Shown in pieces: positions 1 through 11,929 of a stretch of DNA of 64,000 nt (positions are counted from its first letter, which is position 1; the number at the start of each line of letters is the position of its first letter). The notes under the pieces are model-generated. The model did not search any database. It was not told the origin of the DNA and saw nothing but the letters and a program-made list of their open reading frames with translations. Source of the stretch: Torpedo marmorata (lineage: Eukaryota); assembly GCA_977017645.1 (NCBI GenBank), contig OZ360223.1, forward strand, positions 68,386,001-68,450,000, given 5' to 3'. The translations under genes were made by a program, and so were the position numbers.

Positions 1-545
1 CGCTCTCTTCCACCATCCTGTTCGCTCTCACCCACAGTGCTTTGAGGGGAGTGCTGGGCTTTGTTCGACGAGCATGGACCCTCGAGCAAATTGAATGAGG
101 CGTGGGGGCGGGTGGCAGTGAGCGAGCGGCCTGTCAAGCTCAGCTCAACAGGCCGCCCACTCGCTCACTGCCACCCATGCCTCATTAATTCTGTTCGGGG
201 GGCCGTGCGCGTCGAGCTAAGGCTCAGCGTGGAGCCTGATCACCGAGGCCCAGCGCTCCCCTCAAAGCAAGTGATCGATTGTCTGCTCCCCGCAACGGTG
301 GGCCTGGGCCCTGCCCCTTGTCCTGGCTTCTCTCCCTTCCACTCTCGCGCGCCCGCAGGTCCAGGCACACCTGTCAATCAATTAGCGTTTGGACGGTGGG
401 GGAAGCAACCTGAGCCTCGGTGTGCGGTGGGCAGGAGGACGTGTTGCTGCTGTGTAAATACACTAAAACAATTTTTTCCTGAAATCTCACGCTAAAAATG
501 GGGGGGTCCTATATGCCAGTGGGTCCTATATGCAGTCAAATATGG
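1..545. mobile_element. Right end of a Tc2/pogo-type (Tc1/mariner superfamily) non-autonomous DNA transposon
   Basis: Ends ...GGGTCCTATATGCAGTCAAATATGG followed by TA, resembling the TIR of the element at 25060-25717. Subterminal GGGTCCTATATGC occurs twice. The TA matches the TA of gagtTAACTTGCCC in the uninterrupted LTR copy near 25909. Confidence 0.7.
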
Positions 546-2403
546 TAACTTGCCCAGGACTGGGTGTACACAGAGAGAGACACAGAGAGAGAGAGAGACA
601 GGCTATGGAAAGATATTTTGTTGCACTTTTGCAAAAGCAGGTGAAAACCCCTGCAAAAAGCATTTCAGTCTGTTGTTGCAAAATACCATCAAATACCTTT
701 ATTCCCTCAGTGCTGGTCAAGAAGCTACAAACTCTAGACCTCTGTACCCCCCTCTGCAACTGGATCCTTGACTTTCTCATCGGAAGACCACAGTCAGTAC
801 GAATTGGAAACAACGTCTCCTCCTCACTGATTATTAACACAGGCGCACCCTAAGGATGCATGCTTAGTCCACTGCTCTACTCGTTATACACCCATGACTG
901 TGTGGCCAGGCACAATTCCAATGCCATCTACAAGTTTGCCGATGACACCACAGTTGTCGGCCGAATCACAAACGGCAATGAGGAAGCGTACAGGAGGGAG
1001 ATAGATCAGCTCGTTGAATGGTGTAATGGCAACAACCTTGCGCTCAACATCAGAAAAACCAAGGAGATGATTGTGGACTTCAGGAGGAAGTCAGGAGAAC
1101 ACGACCCAGTCCTCATTGAGGGCTCAGTAGTGGAGAGGGTCAAGAACTTCAAATTCCTGGGTGTCAACATCTCTGAGGATCTGTCCCAGAGCATCCACGT
1201 TGATGCAATCACAAAGAAGGCTCATCAGTGGCTATACTTTGTGAGGTGTCTGCGGAGATTCGGTATGTCACCAAAGACTCTCGTAAACTTCTACAGGTGT
1301 ACCGTGGAGAGCATTCTGGCTGGTTGCATCACTGCCTGGTATGGAGGCGCCAACTCCCAGGACATGAGTAAACTCCAGAGGGTTGTTAACTCGGCCTGTG
1401 ACATCACAGGCACCAGACTTCACTCCATCGAGGACATCTACATGAGGCGGTGTCTTAAAAAAGCAGCCTCTATCCTCAAAGACCCCCACCACCCAGGCCA
1501 TGCCCTCTTCACTCTGCTACCATCGAGAAAAAGGTACAGGAGCCTAAAGACGAGCACTCAACGGCACAAGGACAGCTTCTTCCCCGCTGCCATCAGATTC
1601 CTGAATAATCAATGAACCAAAGACACTGCCTTACTTTTCGTGCACTATTGTTTATAATTTTTTATAGTAATGTCGTAAGATGGTTAATAGGAATGTTAAT
1701 TGCACTATGATGCTGCCGCAAAACACCGAATTTCATGACTTGTTCATGACAATAAATTCTGATTCTAAAAAGGCTGGAGCAACACAGCAAAACCAGAGGC
1801 TTGTGCATTCCAGTGAAAAAGGCTGGGAGAATAGCACATAGCCTCCTGTATCAGCAAAATCCTGATTTAAAGCAACTTTCGTGGAGAACAGGCGTGAAAT
1901 CAGCGAGACAGGCTGTGAGATCCAAGTATACGCCTCAATCAAAACTGATTTGGAACAGCAATCCTCGTGTACCTACCAAAAGGGAAAGTCATCACAGAAG
2001 AAAAGCAGTCCAAGCATTCGTAAGCTTAAACAGTCTTCGTCTCTCTCTCCAACGTTCATTAAGAAGACCTTTGTGCCAGCGCACAGAGCTGAATTTGGAC
2101 CCTGAACATAGAGAGTGATTTTTGTGGACTGTATTTTTGGGACTGACTTATTTTTATGACTGACCTGGGGGTTTTAGGGAAGGTTTTCCATTTTTACATG
2201 AGGGTTGGGCACAGACTGTAATGGTCTGGGCTTTACATACACACACACACACACACTCTTTAGATAAGAATAGTGTTTATAGACATTTATAGTGGGGTTA
2301 ATTGTTGTGAAATTATATGTTTAATTGTCTTTAATAAATATAAATTTCAATTTTACCCCTTTTGCATTGCGTTTTCTGTCGTTGCTGGTTTGAGTTTGTA
2401 ACA
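546..2403 (+). mobile_element. Solo LTR copy A (interrupted by a LINE at ~683-1766; 5' part lies beyond the transposon, outside the window)
   Basis: Collinear and highly similar to 25909-26650. Has AATAAA followed by a ...GTTTGTAACA terminus like the copy at 60354-61045. Confidence 0.8.
683..1766 (+). mobile_element. 5'-truncated Rex1/Babar-clade LINE (RT C-terminal half plus 3' UTR)
   Basis: NTGAP*GCMLSPLLYSLYTHDC...KFADDTT...RCTVESIL in ORFs 530..853 and 860..1615, with one in-frame TAA at 851-853. Tail ATGACAATAAATTCTGATTCT. Confidence 0.9.
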
Positions 2404-2651
2404 GTACAGAGTTGGTATGTTTCTGTCAGGATTAAAGGCATAGTTAACAGGCATAGGGAACCTTGGCTTTCGAGGGATATTAGGGATCTGGTTCGGAAGA
2501 GAGAGGTGTATAGCAGGTATAGGCAACACGGAGCAAATGAGGCACTTGAGGAGTATAAAAATGTAAGAGAAACCTCAAGAAAGAGATCAGGAAGGCTAAA
2601 AGAAGACATGGGGTTGTTTTGACAGACAATGTGAAGGAAAATCCTCAGGGT

Positions 2652-2914
2652 TTAATTTAATTTTTAATTTTGACATACAGCACGGTAACAGGCCATTTCG
2701 GCCCACGAGCCCGTGCCGCCCAATTACACCCAATTGACCTACAACCCCCGGTACATTTTGAACGGTGGGAGGAAACCAGAGCCCCCAGGGAAAATCCAAG
2801 CAAACACGGGGAGAACATAAATACTCCATACAGGCAAAGTGGGATTCGAACCCCAGTTCTGATCGCTGGCGCTGTAATAGCGTTGTGCTAACCACTATGC
2901 TAACCATGCCGCCC
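2652..2914 (-). mobile_element. tRNA-derived V-SINE (HE1-like), near full length, inserted in CR1
   Basis: The minus strand reads GGGCGGCATGGTTAGCATAGTGG (A box) ... GGTTCGAATCCC (B box), then the V-domain TCTCCCCGTG...GGTTTCCTCCCAC, a CR1-like tail and an AT-rich end. Confidence 0.85.
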
Positions 2915-4254
2915 TCAATTGGTATATTAAGAGCAAAAGGATAGTATGGAACAAAATTGGTCCTTTTGAAGATCAGAGTGGTCGGCTTTCTATGGAGCCA
3001 AAAGAGAAGGGGGAGATCTTAAATGTGTTTTTTGCATCAGTATTTACTCATGAAACTGGCACAGAGTCAAGGGAAGTAATGAAAACAAGCAGTGAGGTCA
3101 TGGAACCTACAGATTAAAGGGGAAGAGTGGTTGCTGTCTAAAAGCAAATAAGGTTGGATAAATCCCCAGGGCCTGACAAGATATTCCCTCGGACCTTGAG
3201 GGAGGCTAGTGTAGAAATTGCAGGGGCTCTGACAGAAATATTTAAAATGTCCTTAGCCATGGGTGTGGTGCCGGAGGATTAGAGGGTAGCTCATGTTGTT
3301 CTGTTGTTTTAAAAAAGGGTCCAAAATTAACCCTACAAATTATAGGTCAGTGAGCCTGACGTCAGTAGTCTGTAAATTATTGGAAGGTGTTCTAAGAGAT
3401 CGGATATACAAGTATTTGGATAGCCAGGGACTGATTAGGGACAGTCAACATGGCTTTGTGCATGGTAGGTCGTGTTTAACCAATCTGATAGGGTTTTTCG
3501 AGGAAGTTACCAGGAAAGTTGATGAAGGAAAGGCTGTGGATGTTGTCCACATGGACTATAGTAAGGCCTTTGACAAGGTCCCAAATTGGAGGTTAGTCTG
3601 GAAGGTTTAGACGCTCAGTATTCATGGTGAAGTAGTAATCTGGATTCGACAATGGCTGGACAGGAGAAGCAAGAGAGTAGTGGTGGATGATTTCTTTTCA
3701 GACTGGAGGCCTGTGACTAGTGGTGTGCCTCGGGGATCAGTGCTGGGACAATTGTTGTTTGCCATCTATATCAATGATCTGGATGAATATGTAGTAAATT
3801 GGATCAGCAAGTTTGCAGGTGACACTAAGATTGGAGGTGTTGTGGACAGTGAAGAAGGTTTTCAAAGCTTGCAGTGGGATCTGGACCAGCTGGTAAAATG
3901 GGCTGAAAAATGGCAGATGGAATTTAATGCAGACAAGTGTGAGGTGTTGCATTTTGGAAGGACAAACCAAGAAAGGATATACACGGTAAATGGTAGGGCA
4001 CTGTGGAGTGCAGTAGAACAGAGGGATCTGGGAATATAGATACACAATTCTCTGAAAGTGCCGTCACAGGTAGATAGGGTTGTAAAGAGAGCTTTTGGCA
4101 TATTGGGCTTCATAAATCAAAGTATTGAGAACAGGAGTTGGGATGTTATGGTAAAGTTGTATAAGACATTGGTGAGGCCAAATTTGGAGTATTGTGTGCA
4201 GTTTTGGTCACCTAACTACAGGAAAGATATCAATAAGATGGAAAGAGTGCAGAG

Positions 4255-4488
4255 ACTCATTTAAGGACTCTTACTTATGCACTTTATTGATTTTGTATTC
4301 TCTCTGTATTGCAGTTTATTTACATTTGTTATCTGTTTACAGTTCTTTATTTGTTTACATGTACACGCTGTGTACAGTTTTTTTTCTTGCACTACCAATA
4401 AGTGGCAATTCTGCCTCGCCCGCAGATAAAGAATCTCAGGGTTGTATGTGATGTCATGTATGTACTCTGACAATAAATCTGAAATCTG
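4255..4488 (+). mobile_element. 3'-UTR-only fragment of a second Rex1/Babar-type LINE family inserted in CR1
   Basis: Interrupts the CR1 ERVQ^RRF codons. Matches the reverse complement of ~56700-56900. Tail GACAATAAATCTGAAATCTG. Confidence 0.8.
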
Positions 4489-4974
4489 AAAGATTTACTA
4501 AGATGTTGCCTGGACTTCAGGAACTGAATTATAGGGAAAGGTTAAACAGGTTAGGACTTTATTCCCTGGAGCATAGAAGAATGAGGGGAGATTTGATAGA
4601 GGTATTTAAAATTATGAGGGGTATAGACAGAGTAAATGTAGGTAGGCTTTTTCTACTGAGTGTAGGTGAGGTACAAACCAGAGGACATGGGTTAAGGGTG
4701 GAAGTGGAAAAGTTTATGGGGAACATGAGGGGAAACTTTTTCACACAGAGAGTGGTGGGAGTGTGGAATGAGCTGCCAGCTGAAGTGACGAATGTGGGTT
4801 CAATTTTAACATTTAAGAAGATTTTGGACAGGTACATGGATGGGAGAGGTATGGAGGGCTATGGACTGGGAGCAGGTCAGTGGGACTTGGCAGTTAAAAT
4901 GGTTCGGCACAGAGTAGAAGGGCTGAAGGGGCCTGTTTCTGTGCTGTAATGTTCTACAGTTCTATTGATCAGAC

Positions 4975-5440
4975 TTCAGCTGGAGTACTGCGTGCAATTC
5001 TGGTCACCGCACTTGCGGAAGGATATAATAGTGTTGTCGAGAGTTCAATGTTGCCTTGGATGGTGCATTTAAATTATGAGGAAACACTGGAGAGGCTGGC
5101 CCTGTTTTCCCCGAAGTAGAGGATGATAAGAGGGTCATTGGTGAGGTTTATAAAATTATGAAGGGGAAAAGATGGGGTAAACAGAACAAAACTTTTCTCT
5201 ACATCGCGGGGAATAAAACTAGGGTTAGGGCATGAGATTTAGAGGGGATATGACAGAGATCTTTTACATCCAAAGACTAATGTACCTGGGAATACATTGC
5301 CTGAGAGAACGGTGGAAGTAGTATTTAGGCGTGGATTTAAATCGCTTAGGCCATTGGCCAAGTGTTGGAAGGTAGGATTAATACAGATGGTGCCCAAGTG
5401 GTCAGCATGGACACAGCTGGTTTTCTGAATGCATCCTGCA
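4975..5440 (+). mobile_element. Old degraded CR1 3' fragment
   Basis: CTGGAGTACTGCGTGCAATTCTGGTCACC encodes LEYCVQFWSP; the downstream sequence is CR1-like. Confidence 0.7.
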
Positions 5441-6463
5441 ATGTGAGAGTATGCAAAGGCCTTCATTGTGAAAGTCTTATTCAGCACCTTGAGGTTCCTA
5501 ACAGTGAGTCTTTGAGCAAAATGTTCTAGCTAGTTGTTAGCCAATTGTTTAATATGGCAAACGTAAGTGGGCAAATGTTTTCAAAGACAATTCAACATCA
5601 AGTCACCAAAACAAAAAGTCAGCCAAATATTTGCAAGATCTTATCCTCTCGAGTATGAAGCATATATATACATTCATAGTCAGAAACAAAATATCTGCTT
5701 TGATTACTTGAAGAAAATCAGTGAGTTTTATTCAATTTCCTGGGCAACATTTCTTCAAGCAACACCACTAAAAAAATTAACCTTTGCTCATTTAATCATT
5801 TTTGACTTGAGACTTTGCTGTGCACAAATTGACAATTCTATCTACAAGACAACAGTCAACATAATCAAGATAATCTATCAGTTACAATGCACTTTGGGAT
5901 ATCCTAAGGAAACGGCAATGTTTTAAAAATTCAGTTACATGCAGCTATATAACACAGGCTCTTTCAACTGAAGGTAAAACCTACAGAGGTTAGTGTATTA
6001 TATTGCAATTCACCTCAACAGAACTGCAAATATCAATCATCACTCAAAAGATCTGCCACCAGATCTCTGCAATGCATTTTGCCACACAAAGTATATTCTT
6101 CAAAAAATGATATCAGTGGAAGTTGAAGTGAAGATGGTGGTGGAAGTCACGTTACTGCTGTGGAATTCTCTCCAGAAAACAGAATAGCACAAAACCATGC
6201 ACTCTCGGTCTTGAACATTATGTTGTGCAGAATCCCATTAACATTGCATGGCTACTTACCCGCACAATTCTTTGGAGAGCTCAATTTTTCATGTAAAAGG
6301 GAAATACTAAAGGGATAATCAGGCATCGTTACACATAATAGGCTATGATAAATGGATGGCCATACCACCAGCCAGACAAGTGAGGGCTATAAAAGGATTT
6401 CAGATAAAAAACAAATTAGTTGGATCAGTGGTGGACGTTAAAAAACATCCTATTAATGCCTAC

Positions 6464-6659
6464 CATTCCCTTTTTGGAGTGTGACCCGTAGACTGTCCGT
6501 TCATCAGCGTTGCTGGTAGTGAGGTCTTAGGTGGTACTGCAGGAGAACAAATTGAGCTCGTGGAAAGGTCTAAACTGCCATTTTTGGTTACACTTTCTTC
6601 CATTGTATGAGCTCCAGTCACTTCTTTCCAAAGCTGCTGCAATTCTGTTGGAGTCATGC
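6464..6659 (-). CDS. FOXP1: FOXP1 internal coding exon (196 nt, phase 1/2): (G)[21 protein letters not shown]...[12 protein letters not shown]
   Basis: Acceptor tttgacacag|GC, donor TG|gtaggc. [12 protein letters not shown] and HTPKRE identify FOXP1 rather than FOXP2/4. Lies inside ORF 6460..6684. Confidence 0.93.
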
Positions 6660-7974
6660 CTGTGTCAAACAGCAATAGCCCCACAGTGTATAATTAGATC
6701 CATGAACAGTAGACTTATTCTTCTTCACATACTAATTAAAAAAATGTATGTAAACAAGGTTTGATGTTAATTAGACAATTCTTAACTATATTCCTAGACA
6801 CTGCAATATTTCTAACATGACAGAGTGTAACCCACCGTATGTTCTGTTAGTGTTGATAATTAAAAGTAAATTCTTCAGATCTTTGCAATAATTGATCTAT
6901 TCATTTTACCACAGACTGCAACATAACAACTGCTCTGCATATTGACCCTTTTTTAAAGCAGAGCACTTAAACTTACCATTGCAGAAATTCTGTAATACAT
7001 TAATGGCAAATACATTCATCTTTAAATATAAAAAGTGTAATTGAAAATAATGTGCTGTAAATGTAACCAATTCATTTGCACCATATTCAAAAGGCCTTTT
7101 ATAATTTTACTACAAAATTAGAATATTATGTCAGTAATTATTTTTTAATCACCTGCCTTTATCATTAAAATTTTATTTCATTCAAAAACCAATGTGGAGA
7201 GTTGAAAGCGAAAAGCAAAAAATCTGTGGTTCTAACTATATTTTAATTAAAAATCACAATTAAATATTCAAGCACTTTAGATCAGTGAGAACACTCGGTC
7301 AGAATCTAATTTATTACTTCCATTTTAGGTCCAAGGATTGGATAATAATCTGAAAAAGATCAGCCAAAATATCTTTACTTTACTAAACTACTGCTAAAAA
7401 TTTTAATTAAGGTAGCATTGGAGAGTGTAGGTCTAATAAGGCAATAGACTCTAGAGAGTCTAAGTGGTTAGGAAGTGTGAAATGAGACTGATAGGATTTT
7501 TACATGTTCTGGGCATAGTAAATAGTAAATTATAGCAGGACAGCAGAACAACCTTTTCACTATTAGCTGAGCAGTAACAACTAGAAAATCAAGCAGGAAG
7601 AAGGTCACAACGTAAATTTTCTTATTTCTTTACACTAAGTTTTCATTTCCAAACATAATACTAGTCATATTAATTTCCAGCAAATGTGCCGAACAGGATT
7701 GTCTGTGAGGTAACAATTACAGTCAAAATTGATCTTAATGTCGCTATTTGCATGGTTAAAACAAAAGTGAATAATCACGCTTGATCATATCATTCTTTTG
7801 TGTAGAAAGAAAGTAGATTGTCACACTTTATCTTTAATCAGATTAGCATGAAAAGGATCCTCTATGATGGATTTTATCCTAGATTTATTCATTTAATTTT
7901 AAACACATTCCCTACTGTTTCTCATTATAAAAAAAATGGACACTACTTTGAAAAAGTAAATCACGAAAATCTGC

Positions 7975-8938
7975 AGACACCGTGGCTTCCCCTCCACCAC
8001 CATCAACTCAGCCCTCACCCACATCTCCTCCATTTCCCGCTCATCTGCCCAGGCCCCCTCTGCCCCCAGACGCAACAAACATAGAATCCCCCTCATCTTC
8101 ACCTACCACCCCACCAGCCTCCGCATCCAACACATTATCCGCCGGAATTTCCGGCACTTACTACAAGATCCCACCACCAGACACATTTTTCTTTCTCCTC
8201 CCCTCTCGGCCTTTAGCAGGGACCGCTCCCTCCGCGATTCCCTTGTGCACTCATCCCTCCCCAACCATCGCAACCCCCGGCACCTTCCCCTGTGCCTGCA
8301 GGAGGTGTAACACTTGCGTCCACACCTCCTCCCTCACCACGGTCTGGGGCCCCAAACAGGCCTTCCAAGTGAAGCAACACTTCACTTGTACTTCCAGGGG
8401 ACTTATTTACTACATCCGGTGCTCCCTTTGTGGCTTTCTCTACATCGGAGATTGGGAGATCACTTCGTTCAGTACCTCCACTCCGTTCGCAACAACAGCG
8501 ACCTCCCAGTGGCCAACCATTTCAATTCCGAGTCACACTCCCCCACCCTGACCACCTGCAGATTGGAGGAACAACAGCTTATTTTCCGTCTGGGCACTCT
8601 CCAGCCAGAAGGCATGAACATTGACTTTACTGCTTTCCACTAAACCTGCTAGCCTTTTCTTTCCCCTCCCCCTGTCCTGTCTTTCCAGTTCTTCCACCCA
8701 CCCAGCCATCCCTCCTCCCCCTCTTTGCTGCTGTCCCCTCCCTCCTTTCTCCACCAATCATCTCCTGCCTTTGCCATCCCTTCCCCCCCCCCCACTCATT
8801 TGTCCGGACGCCTGCCGGCATTTTCTCATACTTTGATGAAGGGCTCAGCCCAAAACGTCAGTTATGTATCTTTACCTTTGCTATATAAAGGACACTGTTT
8901 GACCTGCTGAGCTTCTCCAGCATTTTGTGTTTCTACTT
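7975..8938 (+). mobile_element. Penelope-like element 3' fragment: GIY-YIG endonuclease remnant plus terminal repeat with decayed hammerhead
   Basis: HFTCTSRGLIYYIRCSLCGFLYIG, VANHFNS, EQQLIFRLGTLQPEGMNIDF. Then TTGATGAAGGGCTCAGCCCAAAACGTC and TGACCTGCTGAGCTTCTCCAGC. Confidence 0.88.
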
Positions 8939-9600
8939 TGAAAAATGTATGTTTTTGAAAAACGTGATTGATTACTGTTCATAGAACTCAATTTCCCAAT
9001 CCCAGGTAGTACTGGTTGAAAGACAAACATAGTTGCTCAACCTTTTGCGTCCTTGTACCTCTATACCCAGGTGGCTATGTTCAAGCAAGCATAAAGTTGA
9101 TTTAAGGTTCATAATGACATCAGTTCTGGACTATTATCACAGTGATAAAAAATTGCTTTGTATTTCTGCCTACCCAAACTCTGTTGCTTTTCAAAGAACC
9201 TGTGTTCCACTGGGACAAATGTCACGTCTATTAGTTTACTGCACCACTAGAACTATATCTCTGAAGCCACTCTCTGTGGGTTCTTTGGTCAATGGCTTGC
9301 AGATAGACACCCTTAGGCTTTAAACATGTTCCTTAAACACCACAGGAACAGCTAGCTATAACATACAACTATTCAAATCAATCAATGACATGGCTGCTGA
9401 ATTACCTAAGGGCGTCCCTGATGTGTTGCTGTACAGATTACACTTCACGCATCGTCACATTCATAGCTTTCATATTATACGCTGGTGTGCCCTGTCACCG
9501 CTCAATTGCCCTCTTCTGAACAACTTAACTGCTGCAGCATTTGCAGAGCCCAACTCAGAAGGCTGTTTTAAAAGGGCCCATCTCCAGGCCTGACACTTAC

Positions 9601-9757
9601 CTTGTCCTAATGTCTGCAGAGAGAGAGCTGGCTGACCAGACTGCACTGGAAGCAAGCCATGACGCTGCATTGTCATGATGTGCTGTTGTTGAAGCTGCTG
9701 CACCTGGAGAAGTTGCTGCTGAAGGGCTAAGTGGTGGGCTGCCAGTGGTTGCTGTTG
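9601..9757 (-). CDS. FOXP1: FOXP1 internal coding exon (157 nt, phase 0/1): [52 protein letters not shown](G)
   Basis: Acceptor ttttag|CAA, donor CAAG|gtaagt. Aligns to FOXP1 [41 protein letters not shown]. Phase fits the neighbouring exons. Confidence 0.92.
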
Positions 9758-10791
9758 CTAAAATTAAATACAATTTTGAAGGATCTGGATTAGAGTTAAA
9801 TACATTACATTATTATCATTGATAAATGTTCCTTTATTCCCCAACAACCATTACACCTACTTGGAATTAATACTGGAAACATCGATGATTTTCCTTACAA
9901 AATTGATCCAACTAATACTTTCTTCTTAATGGCTTCAGTTAGATCCAAAGATCTCTGTTGTAAGTTAAATAGGTTCTTTTGAAAAGGTTGTTTGAGCTGA
10001 AAATGACCACCTGAGAACACTGCAATAATTACTTATTTCTGATTAATATAAAATACTAAAGTTTCTTCCATCTATTTTGATGCACATAGTCGGGGTTACT
10101 AAACCAGCAACTTTTTAAATTGACTAGATGCCCCTTTCAATGATTGAAAAATCAAAGGATGGAATAAAACGTTAATTTAATGTTGTTAATCAGCCATGAC
10201 AAAACATGAAATAACTTTACTATATCATTCATTGCAACAGCCTCTGCATTTTAATTACAGACATTTATAATTTACCAAACAGCATTGGACTTGAATATTG
10301 GTATCTCAATACGTCACTCAGCTTGTAAAAGCCCATGTATTGATTGAGCACATAATATACTCTACATTTATCATTTCTACTTTTTGAAGTCTGGTTCTCC
10401 CTTCACCATTGCTATGCAATTAACTATGCAATTGATTAAAACAACACTATAAATGCATACAGTTTAGTAAATCTATAGCAGTTTTCCAAGCTGCTTAAAG
10501 ACACATACAACAAGTTTGCTTGTAATATTAGCAAGAAATAACATATGTGCAAACTTTAATTAATGGAGTGTTTATCATTTGTTGGATGATATCTAAACAT
10601 CCACTTATATTCAGATTTTACATTACCACATGTGCTGAGGCAAAATTATTGCAAAAACTGCTCAAAATCAATAGTAAATATGTAAAGTCAATTGATTGAA
10701 ATTTAAATGTTACAAATCACACAGCACAAATAATTCTCATCTTTTATTCAAGTCCAAATGAAAAATGAAACAAACATCTTTTATGTACTGT

Positions 10792-11135
10792 AATGCAATA
10801 CACAAAAGTGCTGGAGAAACTCAGCAGGTCACACAGTGTCTATAGAAAGAAAAGGGTAACCAATATTTCAACAACGGACTGAGCCCTTCGTCCAGGTATG
10901 AGCAAGGAGCAGGCAGGCACCTAAATAAAAAGGAGGGGGGAGGAGAGGAAGGAAGGAAGAAGTGGCAAGGGGAGGAGCACAGGCCATCAGGCAAGAGGTC
11001 ATAGGTGGATATGGGTGGGAGCAGGAGAGAAAAAAAGCAGTGATAGAGGGAGGGTGTAGCTCTCTGAATGGAGAGGGGTGGGGAGCTGGAGGAAAGGAGA
11101 CAGAGGGATGGGGAAAGAGAGAGATATGGAAACTA
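10792..11135 (-). mobile_element. Penelope-like terminal-repeat fragment
   Basis: Reverse complement resembles 8650-8938 (GCTGGAGAAACTCAGCAGGTC, CTGAGCCCTTCGTCCAGG, purine-rich tract). Confidence 0.75.
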
Positions 11136-11929
11136 TCTTTTATGTAATGTTTACTTCTGCATTGCCTCAAGCCTCTTCCCTGGTGTTGCTCACTGCACAT
11201 TAAAGTGTCATAAAACTCTCGTCATCCATTCGCATTTGCAATTCTTCCACCAACTTTCTTTATAGTATTTGCTTTTTATGTTCTTCATTATTTCAGCACA
11301 ATCTGCTCCTGTATTATGATCATCAATTCTGAGCCAACTTTGATGTACCAATAGCTAAAAAAGAATGGATTTCCACCTTTATTTGGTAGGTTGTGTGTGT
11401 CCTCACAAAGACTGGTTGAATTGGGCAAAAAAAGTTAGGCACAGCACAACGATAGTTTGCACAAAGAACGATACTGAAACAGTATCAGCACAGTTTCAGA
11501 TGGGAGCTCACCAAATTTAGCAGTTTTGCTATGGAGCATAATTGATGCATTCCAGACCTTCGAGAAACATGCTCTATGTGAGCCAAACACTATCACTCAT
11601 TGGAGCTGCCAGGGAGGAGAAAGAGGCTACAAGAGAGAAGGAGATGGTGCTGCAATCTTTACGATGGGTATTGAAATTTCAGTAGTAGGGAAAGGGAGCA
11701 GTAAGGGAATTCCTATCTATTTGGGAGCGAGGGGGCAGGCAGGAGACCCAGAGGAATTGCTGTTGAAGAGCACAACCGAAAGTGGTCAAATAAATCTCCT
11801 TCTGGAATGGTGCCTACCCCATAGAGTACATCTGGAAGAAATATCATGACCTCACAACAAGAGCTCAAGAGCACCTCTGATGCACGTACACACAATCCAC
11901 CTCGCTCCACACAATGCATCCCGTATATG

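Larger units (their letters stand above)
2404..4970 (+). mobile_element. CR1-clade LINE (HER1-like) ORF2 remnant, frameshifted, with two nested insertions
   Basis: NYRSVSLTSVVCK, SQHGFVHGRSCLTNL, GVPRGSVLG, YINDLD, KFAGDTK, RPNLEYCVQFWSP. CR1 3' tail GGCCTGTTTCTGTGCTGTAATGTTCTA. Confidence 0.92.

Noticed and set aside
61-495. GC-rich ORF or CpG-island promoter
   Set aside because: It is internal sequence of a DNA transposon bounded by a TIR and TA at 545-547.
1881-2105. Duplicated 74-aa ORF (also 26153-26377) as a novel small gene
   Set aside because: It lies within two copies of the same LTR, starts at GTG and shows no protein-like motif. The similarity is explained by repeat identity.
6971-6990. 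Consensus donor ATG|gtaagt at 6977
   Set aside because: Splicing to 6659 gives M-A-stop. I found no convincing upstream acceptor or promoter, and such donors are expected by chance.
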